Shown here piece by piece: positions 48,295 to 62,941 of a stretch of DNA of 64,000 nucleotides. A program made the position numbers and the translations under genes. Position 1 is the first letter of the stretch, and each line of letters opens with the position of its first letter. This DNA is from Pecten maximus (taxonomy: Eukaryota), in NCBI RefSeq assembly GCF_902652985.1, contig NC_047016.1, positions 11,408,001 to 11,472,000 on the forward strand. Direction: 5' to 3'. Under the pieces are notes generated by a model. The model saw only the letters and a list, made by a program, of their open reading frames with translations. It had not been told where the DNA came from and searched no databases.

Positions 48295-51200
48295 AATATT
48301 ATACCTGCTTTCAGACAGTGTCATTTTTAGCACCATCTCGAATTGTCTTTATTTCAAAATAAACTGGTAGTCAAATACTGATAACAATATTTAAACATCT
48401 CCAGGTCAAAAAAGTCTTTAATTACCAAATAAAAAATATCCAGTATATGACTAGCTTTATTTCGTATCTTACTTAGATTTAAAATGTATTTTGTTCAAAA
48501 GACATACATGATATTAATTTAATAAGCACTTTTGAATACCAATTGAGAGAACTTTAGATGAACAGTAAAGCCAGAAAATGAATCAAACTGCATCATTCAG
48601 TTGTTTTCTCCATCTTTGAAGCCTCATCAGTAATCCGGTGATAAGTACATAAAGAGTTGACATGTCTAGCTATATTTAGATTGTGAGAGAAGAATAGGTT
48701 GAAAGAAATCTGGATAGGGAAGTGCAAGAGTCCCATAATTGAATAAATGTCATAATTTTTAGTCGCCTACCATTGAAACTACGAGGAGACTATATAGGTC
48801 TCATTTCTGTCTGTCGCATACATGTACGTAATGCTGAAAGATTGCTAGCAGCTTCATTCCTTGAGATATTTTAATTAAACTTCACACAATGATAAAGAAC
48901 CATAATATCTGGGAAGAGTTCGAGTTTCAGGGGTTTTTGGTCAAGGTAACTTACTATTTTTATTTGGGGCTGGTAGGGGGATTTGTATGCTTCTTAATAT
49001 TGGATTTCAAAATGGTGCAAAGCACTTCTGTATATTCTGAACTGTGCAAAATTATTCAAATGAATTAAAATGTGGCATGAAGGACGTGAGGTTTCTGCAA
49101 ATCTTAAAAGATTTTGAGTAAAATAAGTTTCAATATTCCAACAGAGATCCATAATTCAGGCATAGGTTAGAGAAGAATTTGTAAATTGTGTTAGCTAACA
49201 GGATTTTGAAGGTCAGTTTGAGATGTGCATTCTTGCCAATACCATGTACTGAACATGTACAGCAGATGAATAATAATGTAGGTTACTTGTAGATGACTAA
49301 ACCGGCAATGTTAAAAAGCTAGCAGTTTTTTTCAGTGATTGGTGACCAGCTTGTAAAAAAGTTTAAATTCTGTACATTCCAATCAAAGTATCATCTACAT
49401 TATCATCTATTTCAATGAAGAAAATATTGTCGAATTTGTCATAAGCATATTTTGATCAATAGATTCTGCTATTGTTATACATTTACATTCTTGGAATTGT
49501 GTCTGTAACATAAAGTAGTCATATGATATATAAATAGTACTTGGGGATGGAGACCATTGTCATGGCAACCTCTGTGATATGGTTAATGAGTAATACATAT
49601 GTGAATATATGGTGTGAATGCCAACATTACATAATGTGTGAACTATTCATGTAACAAGGGAATAATGAGCAAAAGCACCTGCAGGGACCACATGTACACA
49701 AGTGCTAATAAGCATGTGTGCCATTAATAGCTGTGTAGGTTTGGTGATAACAATAAACATGTCTGTAGTATAGATACTGATTATTATAGTACTGTAGATG
49801 TCAGTTACCTAATTATCACCTATACGTACATTATGTTCCTTACAGAAGTATAGGATATTATAAATATTGATTTGTTTGGCATTATTTTTTGGAACCTGTA
49901 AGTTGATATAGTAATAGAAATGTTGTATTGTAGATTAGAATATAAACTTTTTTAAAGCTAATCTTTATGTGACATTTGATGTTTGTTTATTGGGTTTATT
50001 GCCTTGTGAACAGCCAGCGTTGTTCTGAAGAGGAGGTCTACTTTGTTGTAGCTGGTGGCTACATCACTGAACAAAATATAGGAGGCCCATCACATATGTT
50101 ATCTAGATCTAGAGTAATTGGGGTAAAGTAGCTTACCTAAGGGAATGAGCATGACAGCACAGGATTGTCTGTGATCTGTGATCAGTTTCCAGAGAAACAC
50201 AAACTGACCCAAGTAAGGATCCAAGTCATCAAACCACACACTTAGGATCTTCACCAGAGACAGCATTGTCTTACTACCAAGCTATCACATATTTACTGCC
50301 ATATTTTTATTCATTTTGTTTATAGATTACATTTTAACTGGAGGGTTGATTTTGTTGAACATGGTTACCATATTAATGCGTTACATCGTTACTGATGTAA
50401 CACATGCCCATCGCTATCATGACAAGAGTGTATCTGTTATTATAAACGCAGGAAGTGCTCACTGAGATTCTCCTTTATATGATAGTGTTATAGACCTGGT
50501 AGGCAGTGCTAGTAGAGGGTTGAAAAAAAACCTTGCATGGCTGTTAGGCATTTAATGAAATATCAACATTTCTCTAATAACTAAATAAAAAAATTAATTA
50601 GTATGGTTTATAATCACACAATGATATGTTTTATTTGTCGTGTAAATGCAGGTATAGGAATGTTTTGTAGGACCTGTATTCTAGACTTGCTAAGATTATA
50701 ATTCATAGTGTGTTTTCATCATTTTGGTTTACTTAAATTTGTAATGTAGCATCTGGTACAGGGATCCCCTTGGGTTGCAGTAATGTGTGTACATATAACT
50801 TTGATATCCACAATGGCTATAAAGCTGAAACTAATCCTTCATTTCCAGCACTCAGCTGGTCATAAATATGTCTATAATTCAAAAGAATTTCAATCGCTAC
50901 TTTACATTTGGGAAATAACTCATTGATTTTAGATTAAGAATTTGTTCACAATTTCATAACTATTGCAACTTAATTGTAATTATCGTACACATGCAATTGA
51001 GATTTTACAACTTTACATATATTTTTTTCTCTAATATACAGATAGCTTAGCCGATATTTAAAAAAAAATGTTGCAGAAACAAGTCTGTAATATATAACAC
51101 AATATGTTACATTGATTTTGTTATGGTAAATTATAGAGTCAGTTATCAAAATGTCTTTGTACCAGTTATCATCACATTATAAAAATGTATCCCAAGTGTA

Positions 51201-52669
51201 CAAACTATTTTTTGTTTTAATTTCGTATTGGAAATGGGACCTGAAGGCTGCATAACAAAGTAATCCTATTAACACAGATACTGCGACTCTGAACTAATTC
51301 CTTTAGCATACACTAGTGGTGAACGTTTTTACTTATTTTGGTTGAAAATAAGATGTGTACATGTAGTTTGTAAACATTCCTGTGTGCATTTCAATACATA
51401 TATGATATGGCCACTTGCAGTAATGGGGTACTGCTAGCTAGACTTACAGTAGATACTAATATCATATAAATTTCTTTGTGGGATGAACCTTTCACACAGA
51501 ATTATATGTATACATCTTTGTACTATATTCCATCAAATAGGTATATTTTAACACTGTATCCCCTCAGACAGTTACATTTGTATATAATCATTACTATCTG
51601 CAGATAAATTCCAATCTAAGGGTATATACGTACAGCACTTGAGTTGAGGGAGCATTCTCAGGGTGTTGACTCCCTCTTTATAGGATGTTGACACACAGGT
51701 TGTATTTTGATAATTAGGAAGAATTGGTTTGTTGCCTGAAATGCTGTGTAACTCTGGAATCTGACAACATGAACAGCTTTTTGGGATAGAAATATCAGAT
51801 TTAGATAGATATTTTCTTTGTCATGTAATATAAGTCATTTGTGGCTGACTGCTGGCTTGAATTGAGAACAATCTTGAAATTGGAAATGTATCTGTTTTAA
51901 AATCAGTAGTGTACATAAACTGTCTTTTATTTTGATCAGTATGACTTTTCTTAACATTGATATTTAAGAATTGAGAAGAATATGAATAAAATAGTAAGCA
52001 ACAACAGCAGTGCTTACGTATATACAGTAGAGATATACTACCAGGTAAGAGATATATACTGGGTATATACACTGAAAATAAACTTCGGGTGAATTGAACC
52101 AAGAATGTGCTGAATAGAACCCACCGCTAGACAAGATAAAGTATATGCAATTATGTCGACCTTTAACCTTATCAGATTTCTGTGCTTATTGGGTCGTGAA
52201 ATATACCTGGCAGCTAAATAACTTTCCATTCACATATTGAGAAGGAGGCGAGTGAATGATAATTTCATAGGTGTGTGTATTTCTCCTTATACCCATTACA
52301 TATTTCTGTTCGTATTGTAACTTGCTTAGAAACTTAAACTGTGTTCTTTCCCTTTGAAGTAGATTCTGAGCTAATTCTTAAAATAGGGATTAAGATTTGA
52401 GGAGTCATAAATTATTGACACACAGGCCAGGGCTTTCAATTAACCTTTTTATTGACACAGGGCTTTCAGTTAACCTTTGAAATATAAAGCTATTTCAGAA
52501 ATCAAATCACAAATCTGATTTGTCAAAACTTATGTCGAATAGACATGTCCAGGGATGAAAACACTAGAGATTGATTATGGAGAGTCAAAATATGCATACT
52601 ATCAAGGTCACGGAAGCACTGACTACAACCTGCTTTAACCTGTATACATGTATATAAACAGCAGAAATA

Positions 52670-52883
52670 GGGGCCGCGGTGGTCGAGTGGATGTCCTGAC
52701 ACTTTATCACTAGCCCTCCACCTCTGGGTTGCGAGTTCGAAACCTACGTGGGGCAGTTGCCAGGTACTGACCGTAGGCCGGTGGTTTTCTCCGGGTACTC
52801 CGGCTTTCCTCCATCGCCAAAACCTGGCATGTCCTTAAATGACCCTAGCTGTTAATAGGACGTTAAACAAAAACAAACCAAAA
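52670..52883 (+). mobile_element. Near full-length tRNA-derived SINE flanked by a 60-bp direct repeat
   Basis: ggggccgcggtggtcgagtgg A box; gagttcgaaacc B box; ggttttctccgggtactccggctttcctcc core; (aaac)n tail. Confidence 0.85.
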
Positions 52884-55487
52884 TCACGGAAGCACTGACT
52901 ACAACCTGGTTTAACTTGTATACATGTATATAAACAGCAGAAAGTCATTGATGAGGCAATAGTGTAAAGTGACAAAGTTGATTGAGTATAAGATTTGAAT
53001 AAAGTTGAATGGAAATCTTATAGTCAATATATCCCAATGCTAATCTTGGCCATAATAATACAGCTTTGGAATCTCTGGTATTTTTTAACCAGTACACGAA
53101 TTGAATGTCTATGGATTCTGACTTGCATGTCAGAAACCTATCAATTATTCCAACCTATACTGTATATTTATACTAAGGTTAGAAGTCCCAGCATCACTTT
53201 ATCATTTTTTAGCTAGTAAGGATAAAGAAGATTCAGGTCAGATTCAGAAAGTGATAACTTTATTATGAATGCATGAGTGGGTACATAAGTAGTTAAGTGG
53301 ATTTAGGAATATATATATGCATGACACTAAGTGTCCATACATTTCATGTATGTGTGCTGAACTTGGCATTGTACATTCCAGATTAACTTACTTTAGAGAG
53401 TTTGCTTTTTATGACACTTGTATCAAACTAAACTCTGGTAACAGTTGTAACATAACCTGACCAATGTTCCAGAGGTGTGATATCTCCAGGGTGTGGGATT
53501 TTATCCCTACTCATTTCATAGAAGGCTGAAAGCATTACACAGATCTTTCTCTGTGTTGTGGTAGTTGTTTTCTTGTGTTTCTGTATGATGTGGTCAGTGA
53601 GGTAGCCACCAGCTACTACAAGGAGAACCCACAGCCACCGCAAAATGAGTCTGCATGATCACAGGGTGATACTATTCTGGCAAACAACATAATTTACCAT
53701 AGATCTTTTAACTTCAGCTTTACCAATATAATTAATGTGTTGTCAATAGAAGGAAACCAGTGGCCATTTTATTTAGATCTATATTTTGAAGCTTTTTTTC
53801 TGCATTTTGATTCGTGACTCATTAAATAATCATTCATTGCAATGGATAGGTGCACAGGAACAATGCTTTTCACATCTGACTGGGAAGTGTACAGGAAATG
53901 ATTTTATAGGATAAGGCTGCAAACTTACATTCACAACAATAACAGTAATATAACTCCAACTTGTAACTATTGTTTTTACAAAAAATCTATTGTTCAGATA
54001 TTGTGTATAGAATAAGAACGGCTAACATTTAATGTTTATATTTCGCTGAGTAAACAAAGATGGTATTTTTCTGGTGGTTCTGAAACAGTATCAGATTATG
54101 AGTTGAACTGTTCATGATGACAATTAACAATTATACGGTGTATTGTGTGGAACAATTATGATAACCTGTACACAAGGATAATGCATTAACACAATTCATC
54201 AAAAACCTTGCTTTGACCCAGATTACATGTGTATACCTTGGAGGTATGTAATTGTCAGTCAGGGAAAAAAAGGTATTTCAGGAATGTGTGACACAACTAC
54301 CTGGTATATATTAATTTAAGGTGTTCAAACTGAAAAGATGTGGTGTCTACATAGCAAGCTTCTATCCATTCAACACCAGTACCACTATCATCAGATGAGC
54401 ATGACCTAGCAAATATAAGCTGTTGTGCACATATTGAAATACTATATGAAAAAATGAAGAAAAATATTGTATTCCAGAAGACAGTGAATTTAATTTTATG
54501 TAAAAGAAATGATGAATGTTCTAATGAATCGATTACGAAAAAGTTAATATGTATGTAAAATTGATTTTAATATGGTAATAATGGAATCAAAAGCAGAGGC
54601 AGTCTTTATTTTTTTAATCACCAATTTTCACCACTAGAGGCTAATATTATACACTGTGGTTATACCAGCAGCAAAATCTTTCACATCTTTAAAAAAAAGA
54701 AGTTTTTTTACTGGATATAATGTCTGAAGGGAAGGCTAGTGTGTGTTGTGTATGGAAATCTCCTCTCAGACATTGGATCACACTACAGGCTGTTTACTGG
54801 CGCAGAGTCAGAGTTATGTGACAGAGAATTCTCCAGATATCCACGCAAGATTTACACAAGATTTACACCGAGGCACATGTTCAAACCATACCTGTTCAGA
54901 TAATTTTAAACAGAAAATTTATCTAAATATCAAGAGTCTGATGTTGTAGTGAAGCATCACCCAAAGATCATGCCCATGATAAATTACTTTTAACATCAAA
55001 AGTTCTTGTATTTTGTTCAGAAAAACACAATATTCATTTTGGTGTTTTTTCTGCACTTCAAAAAAAAGAAACACTAATCTTTCTTTCATTTGGATTTTCC
55101 AATTTAATATGAGTTACATTTATTTACAGTTAGATTCCTAAATGTTCAATGTAGATTAAAGTATCAAGATTTTGTTGTTATATTCACATAGACATTGTGT
55201 AAGGAAGTATTTTAGGTCAATCTAAGAGTTTGTTTAACCGTACACCAATCTAATTTAAAAGAGACGTAAAGATTAATCCAACTCTCTATGTAATCATTAT
55301 ATTACTTTACTGAAAAAGCACTGGTACCAATCATGAATGGTGAATAAGTCAATTACATATAATTAGTAAAACATTTACAACAACAATTTGACATATAAGA
55401 TGACAAGTACTAGACCTCTGCTGACAGTAAAGGTATACGTATAAATACAGTGAACACCTGGCATTTTGTTTCATATATATATAACTT

Positions 55488-55690
55488 ACCGTAAACCACC
55501 TTATTTTTGTGTGTGATTAATTTTCACATATTTTGTGGGCAAATAAAATTTGAAAAAAATAATTGCTGCAAAATAGTTTCAGTAACATGTACATACAGGT
55601 ACATTAGGTTTTTTGTGATTGTTAATCGCAAAATTAAATTGTTACGAAAACGCAAAATTAAGTTGCTGCAAAAATAAGCTGTTTTACAGC
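55488..55690. mobile_element. Degenerate Tc1/mariner-like MITE
   Basis: taccgtaaaccaccttattttt ... aaaataagctgttttacag imperfect TIRs. Confidence 0.4.
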
Positions 55691-57064
55691 ATATCATTCT
55701 GGAATGCAAATCAGCAAGTTTTGTATAGGGGTCTGATTTATGCCACAACAAAATCAACTGTTAAAAATAAATACACGCTTAAACTCTACAATTTATAAAC
55801 ATACCAGTAGCATGACATTGTTACAGGAAAAAATACATTGACAGAATTTTATAGCCTTTGATTACCTTAAAAAGTTTGAAATGAAAAAAAATGTATAAAT
55901 ATTGGCACAGTTTCAGGAGGAGATCAGGAAAGTGATCTGCTGCATGCCTCATGATCATGACTATGCATGTATTGCATATAGCATAGAATGTTATGCTATA
56001 TACCCATAGATCAATGCCTAGAGTATACAGTAATCTTGTCTTTTCTTCATCTGTTTAATGAAATAAGGTCAGGCATGTAATAAAATGTGATGATAATCTC
56101 CGTGTAAGATAGTACATAGAATGCTGTCTTGTATGTAGGATCCATAAGTCTGTCTCACCATACCAGATATAACCTAATATAAACCATACAGCTTTGTTAA
56201 ACTTCACTTCTAAGATACTTAGGTAGAGTGAGTTAACCTTTACTAAATTCAAGATAATTGTAACTGGAGGTTTCTGAAATTGTGAAAAATGTTTTTACTA
56301 TGTCATTACAAACAATTCCTTAGAAACACAAGTCTCATTTGAACGTCATAAATACCAAGATGATTTTACAAATGAAAATAATATTTTAATGCTGCCCTCA
56401 GATGAAAAGCTCTGTTACTTAAGCTGGGAATATCAAGGTTGATAAAACCAGACCTTCAGAATCAATTGATAATTGGTTGAAAAAAGCAGGCTATTGAAAC
56501 ATAAAATCTTGTAATAATAGCTAGGTATTAAGGCATCTAAACATCACATTTGAATACTGACATAAAGTATAGTTGATCATGATAAATAGATTTAACCTCT
56601 TTATTCTCAGCTTTTTTTTTTTTTTTTTTTTAATTTAAATTTAATTTTAGATGACAATTTTACAAAATTGGTCTGACACCAGCAAAGTTAATTACTGAAT
56701 CAGAGTGGTGTTCTAATCAATGCTTCTGATAATGTGTACAGCAACACCCCATATGATGACATGAAAGAAAAGGCATAAACATCTTTAGAGGAAAAATGTT
56801 ATGCCATATAATGGTAAGGCTTACCACCCTCAAGGGAATCACTATTGAAGATTTCAACAAAAAAGTGAATTTAAGTCCTGAATTCAACTCAGTCTGATAT
56901 ATTTAAAGATATAACAAAATATTTTGTTGTTAATACAAGGTTTCTCTATTAACCAGCCTCAACTTATAGCAATAACACATTCTACTTTTACTCCTTTCCT
57001 TAATCTTTCACAGATATGTTTTACACAAATAAAGAACTGGACAGTTGTAAATGTTGCTTTATAA

Positions 57065-57782
57065 TTTCTGATTGGTTTCTTTCTTGGGTACGTGGCACAG
57101 TTTCTGATTGGTTAGTACATGTATGGCACAGTTTCAGATTGGTACGTACATGTATGGCAAAGTTTGTGATTGGTTAGTACATGTATGGCACAGTTTGTAA
57201 TTGGTTAGTACATGTATGGCACAGTTTCTGATTGGTTAGTACATGTATGGCACAGTTTCTGATTGGTTAGTACATGTATGGCACATTTTTTGCTTGGTTA
57301 TTACATGTATGGCACAGTTTCTGATTGGTTAGTACATGTATGGCACAGTTTCTGATTGGTTAGTACATGTATGGCACAGTTTCTGATTGGTTACTACAGT
57401 GAATCACATAGTCTCTAATTGATTTCCGAGTGTACACCTTCTGATTGCTCTGGTTCTGAATGATTGCTATCTCTGATTGGTTTCTATATTGTATTCCATG
57501 GTTTCTAATTGGTCTACTCTCTGAATAATTACTATCTCTGATTGGTTTCTATATTGTATTCCATGGTTTCTAATTGGTCTACTCTCTGAATAATTACTAT
57601 CTCTGATTGGTTTCTATAATGTATACCATGGTTTCTGATTGGTCTACTTTTTGAATAATTACTATCTCTGATTGGTTTCTATTATTGTATTCCATGGTTT
57701 CTGATTGGTTTACTTTTTGAATAATTACTATTTGTGATTGGTTTCTATATTGTTTACCATGGTTTCTGATTGGTCTACTTTC
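57065..57782. repeat. Compound minisatellite: 31-bp units (57093-57400) then ~65-bp units (57460-57782), all containing ct(g/a)attgg
   Basis: Units tggcacagtttctgattggttagtacatgta and ctatctctgattggtttctatattgtattccatggtttctaattggtctactctctgaataatta. Confidence 0.9.
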
Positions 57783-59301
57783 TGAAGGTTACTGTGGTAC
57801 AGGTTTATCCTCATCTGGTTATCTAGTCAGTCTCCAGATCTCTATGGATGTTGTTCTCACAGCTGGACACCCTGTACTAGGAGCCATCTATCTGTTTCTC
57901 ATGTGTTTCAATCTAACTGAGCGACTTGTGTTTACTGGTCATGACCAGTAGCTGAAGGAATAGTTTAATTCCTGATTGTAGTTCAACACTGCCTCTTGTT
58001 CTGATCATGATCATGACCCAGTCTCTACTCAAGAATTACTGATCAACAGCTGAGGGTAGTTGTACCCAGCCTCTCAGCAATGGAACTCGGGAAGGGAAGA
58101 CCTTAGAGTATCTAAAAAAGGGGATTTTTGTAATTTTGGAACAGTTTGTTATCAATATTCTGCATAAAAATGAATGAATATAAGCTTATTAAAAGATATA
58201 GAGTAGAGCAGTTGAACTAATGATAGAGGGAAAAAAGTTGATAAAGGCAAAATTTTCTAAAATTACCCAGTCTACATGCTTGACAGTTCACTGATGTATT
58301 CTGTGAATTTGTCTTAGGGATCAATCAGGTCACTCTGATTATTAAAACAGATTAAACAAATGTAAGATTTTAATCTTAAAAGATTTTGATGATTTTCCCT
58401 AAAGGGACCAACAGTGGTGTACAACTAATGAAAAACATACACATGTAAGACATTGTCAGGGACTGATCACTTCAAACAAGGATGCTAGGGATAGCTCATT
58501 GGCTTGTATCTCTAGTGTTGTGAGACCAGCCAACCTTACTGTCAGAAGGTCATATGTATATAAACTGACACCCAGCCATTGTGTCGACACATGCATGCCA
58601 CACTATCCACTACAACTCTCCTGGGAGGAAAATGCTTACATGGCATTATTGATTAAAATTCTTACTAGGAAATTTTGTCCACATAAAGAGTTTTTTCGTT
58701 ACTTTGACAATTTCTTGAAAAAACATAATTTGTGAAGCAATATTGATTCTGTATAATATACATAATTACAAAAATGGAAATTGTTTCCATCTTCTGACAA
58801 GCTATTTCCTTTCAATTTTACAAGACAAGACCTATGTATATATAGATACATAAGAAATACATTGTGTTTGGATGCTTGTTTATTTAAAATGTTTGAATGT
58901 TTCATCAACAGCCTTATGGCCATTTAAGGACAGCCTAATTTTTAATTAGTCACCTCTTGTAATTCATGCAATGGGGGCAGCTGGTTCACTTGATAAATTG
59001 AGCTTGACCATTGGTCATTGTCTATATATATGGCCATGTGTTTGTTAGGCATTTCTGGGAAATCTACGTTATGTAAAGAGGTTTTCAATCATAAATCATG
59101 TATTCAGGTGATTGGTATGTGTAGTATTTGTTTTATTGATGAGGTTTTTGTTAAAATGTGATTTAGTAGAATTGTGTCTCTGTACTGTATGTGATAAAAC
59201 TATAGAAATAGTTTATTATAATCTATAAATTTTAACATAAAACAGAATTTGAAGAGGTAAAAGTCCTTTTTTTGCATGATTACATTGAAATCTAACTTTA
59301 A

Positions 59302-60256
59302 AGGGGCATTCCCTCATTCGAACGACACATATGAGTGGCACAGTAATTTATAAGATTTATAAATAAAAGAAGCTTACATTCAGATTTGTGACTGTGATGG
59401 AATGAATACTCTGCTGCTGTGCATCCAAACAATAAAATTCTGTCACAGACCAAAGTAAACAGATCTCAGTGATGTAGGTGTGTTGTTTTTTGTGATGATA
59501 AACCCCAATTAAAGCTTTTTTCCCCTCAATTATTTATGTTAGGATAACATGCATGCATACCTAGTAAATGAGTTAAGAATATCAAAAATATAACACACAC
59601 AAATGAAATTATATGCAAATGTAAGCACAGTCACATAGATTTAATATGAGCACTACGGGGCACAAACATGTGTTCCGTGTAAACAAAACATGTGACATGC
59701 ATGTAATTAAAGGAAATGGGGACAGAATTAGTACCAAGAAAAGACAAATACACAGTACATGTAAAATTATTTATTGTGGTTTGATGAAGTAATATTTAGT
59801 TTGAATGTATGTGATTTGTCGACACAGTAGCAAGTGAAACTTCAAGCATAACTTTATTACAAACCAGTCAGTCAAATTCCTTCTTTGACTCAACTGACAC
59901 CGCCTCCTTCGCTTTCCTCCATCTTTCTATCTTGAGTGCTGATATCTATATGACTTTTTGTGACGTTCGCCATCTTGTCATGTCCTCATTTTCTCACTGA
60001 GTCTAATTTCAGTGACCCTTTTTTGTTCCTGAAATTTTTCCTGCATGTTCTCATTTATAGTTGTTGGCAGCGATAAATTTTTGCACTTCAGATTGAAGTT
60101 ACATTTTCAAAACCTTCAATTTTTAAGAATTTATCTTTGGACATTAATGGTTGTGTTAAATAGTAAAGTTTATAACTTTTACTAGCTGAGAAAAATACAA
60201 GATTCCCATTTACTTTTATTTTGATAACAAAGTCGTTTCAATGATGGAATGCCTCT
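59302..60256. mobile_element. Non-autonomous DNA transposon with TTAA target (Kolobok-like)
   Basis: ttaa|aggggcattccctcattcgaacgac ... gtcgtttcaatgatggaatgcctct|ttaa; AG...CT termini. Confidence 0.7.
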
Positions 60257-62798
60257 TTAAACAGAAGTACGGAATATATATCAATACCTTCTGAGGCTCA
60301 AGTATTTAGAGTTAACACTAGAGCAATATGCTAATAAAACTATCAGTGTTCTGTCTGGATAAATAAATCAGTGTTGAGTCTAGGGACTGATGTTGTCAAG
60401 GCTTTTTGAAAAGAAATGTGCATGCTCAGCTGTATCTCAAGGGTCAAGCTTGCACCGGTTGAACTTCCTGTGAAAAGCTAGTCCTTTACATACACTTCCT
60501 GTGCTAGTGGTACATAGGACATGTAAAATAATGGTGGGAATTCCCAAGCATATATAATTTGGACTACATTGATGGGTCAAGAAAGTCGGTGGTAATGGTA
60601 GATGAAGCCTTTGGGGTTGTTGCCTGGATCGTCCCAGTGCTTGTATACAGATGTGTGAGGTAGCTATACAACATGAGAGGATTATCATACCTACATGTTT
60701 ATGCCCATATCTTAATGATGCTAGTATTGGTACTGGGGGTCTAGGCTTTCTTTATCAATAACATATTATCCACCAATATACACACAAAAATAGCAAGCAT
60801 GGTTAGCTTATGTTAAACTGTGTTGTGTACACAATAAAAGTATACATAAATAAAACAGGAATATATTGTTAATGATGTTTCATCTACCGAAGTGTCATTA
60901 AGCAGGTATGTAAATGAAATATGACAGCCTAACCCATACTTGTGTTAAAAGTCTGTGGTAATCAATCTAACTTTTGTATTAGTTCTGGTGTAACATGCAA
61001 AAGCCAGCATGGTATGACTGGAATTCAACAGATGGGGAAGAAATGTATACAAGGTTTCAGGCATAAAACCATCAGTTTCATACAAATCCCACCAAAATGC
61101 ACTGGACTAAGACAGAGGTGTTTATCCTAGTTTTTGTTTCAGAGTAAACACACCAGACAGACCTTCTGCCGGTAGTTATACACCACACGGCCCAATACAG
61201 GGGGCTGATGATGTGATAAATCTAGCAACATCTGTGTATCTTTGAAAACATGCTGATTTCCCACATACACCTACTGTAATGTTATGTAGTATATTAAAAA
61301 AAAAAAAAAAAATATCAGGAGTTTGAATAGGTTTTGAAGTGCAGGTATCCAGCACTAAGTAGGCAGTTCAATTCCATAAAGTTTTATTTCCTTTTGAAAT
61401 CATTGTAACATATTAATCAATCAATTTTTTTTATTTAAAAACGATCGATCAGCGTTGTCAGGAAGATTTATATTACTTACATAAATGATACAGTAGCTAA
61501 GTTTTCTTTCAATTTCTCCCCATGCACTTAAAATGCATGCAATACTTAAAACTGACATGGAACATCACACCTAGGGAAACCATTAACATAACCAAAAGCT
61601 TATCAGACATGACAAAACAAGGAACCAAAGACTGATCTCGGATCAACATCAAATAACTCATAAAATGTTGTTAGCATCAATATCTGTCAGGTATTTGAGG
61701 AATTTACAAATCTGACAGAAAAGTTTATATCTCTACTTTATAACACTCAATCTTACTGCTAGCCAATTCACAATGGCATAATTTTAAGAAACATGTACAT
61801 TGATACATCAGGTGATGATCGATAGAAATTCTATAAAGTTTTGTTATTATCAGGCCATCTTTAAAAATATCTTAGTTTTATGTAACCTGACCAGGGGGTT
61901 TTATTTATGGGTAGGTAGATAGTGCTGAACTTTTTTTATTCAGTTCTTAAACAGATTTTTAACCTTCAATATAAAAACAAACCAGAATATTTTGTGATCT
62001 TAAAAGAAACACACACCAAGTTTATTTGGGTTTGTGAGACATATTTTCAAAGTAACTTAATTAGCAACTTCTGGGCATAAATATCTGGAACGGACAAGTC
62101 ATTAAAAAAAAAATATATTTTTCCTTTTCCCAATAAAATTCTGAGTAGGTGCACTTTTTCTGGGTCGGGCGGGTTACGCAAAACCAACTTTATTTTTATT
62201 TTGGCCTCATCAATGTAGTTCATTCAGGATTACATACATTCTTTGATATGAAATGAATACACAATTGCTTAAGGTTCATGGGAAAGATGAATTTGGCAAG
62301 ATGACACCAATGTTGGTTTATGTAAGGATGAACTTTTTTATCCATTAATGAATCACTCTGGTTAAATCTAATTCATCTCAGAAACACAGTGCTGTTCTAG
62401 GCTTCAGTCAGCTGTACACTGCCTGGGCGTGACTACCTTTACTGTACTATTTTCAAGGTGATACACACCAGCTGCATTCCTTATTGATGTATCCCCATGT
62501 AACTATGTGTGAATTGGATGTTTAGTCCTTGTTATATATTACCTGTATCTCTGTAGTCCCACTATAGGGTTACCAGTGTCTACAGTTTGTGTTACCTGTT
62601 TACCTGTCCAATTTTAATTCGGCTGCTGGGCCAAGTGAAGGTGAAATTGTGCCACCCAAGGACACGGTCCATTATCACCTTGTCACCAGTAGGTGCTACA
62701 GTATCGGGTATACTGTATGTTAAACCTTCACAGTGCCAGGGATGTGTTAGGTTCTATAAGGACAAACAGCTGACATTCCTTCTGTTTTCCTGGTGTCA

Positions 62799-62941
62799 CC
62801 CTGTATCTATTTTAAGGTGCTGTTATACCTAGGATGGATGTAGGTAGCTAGTGACAGCACCACAGTAGCCCTGTATCTATTTTAAGGTAGCTATTATACC
62901 TAGGATGGATGTAGGTAGCTAGTTACAGCACCACAGTAGCA
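62799..62941. repeat. ~70-bp tandem duplication
   Basis: ccctgtatctattttaaggt...ggatggatgtaggtagctag..acagcaccacagtagc occurs twice. Confidence 0.8.

Noticed and set aside
50000-50030. gtgaacagccag resembling AGAP1 exon 2 (FVNSQEW)
   Set aside because: It does not continue as EWTLSR, has no suitable acceptor, and lies in a SINE-like repeat.
52670-52760. Possible tRNA gene
   Set aside because: A and B boxes are present, but I see no complete cloverleaf and it continues into a SINE core and tail.
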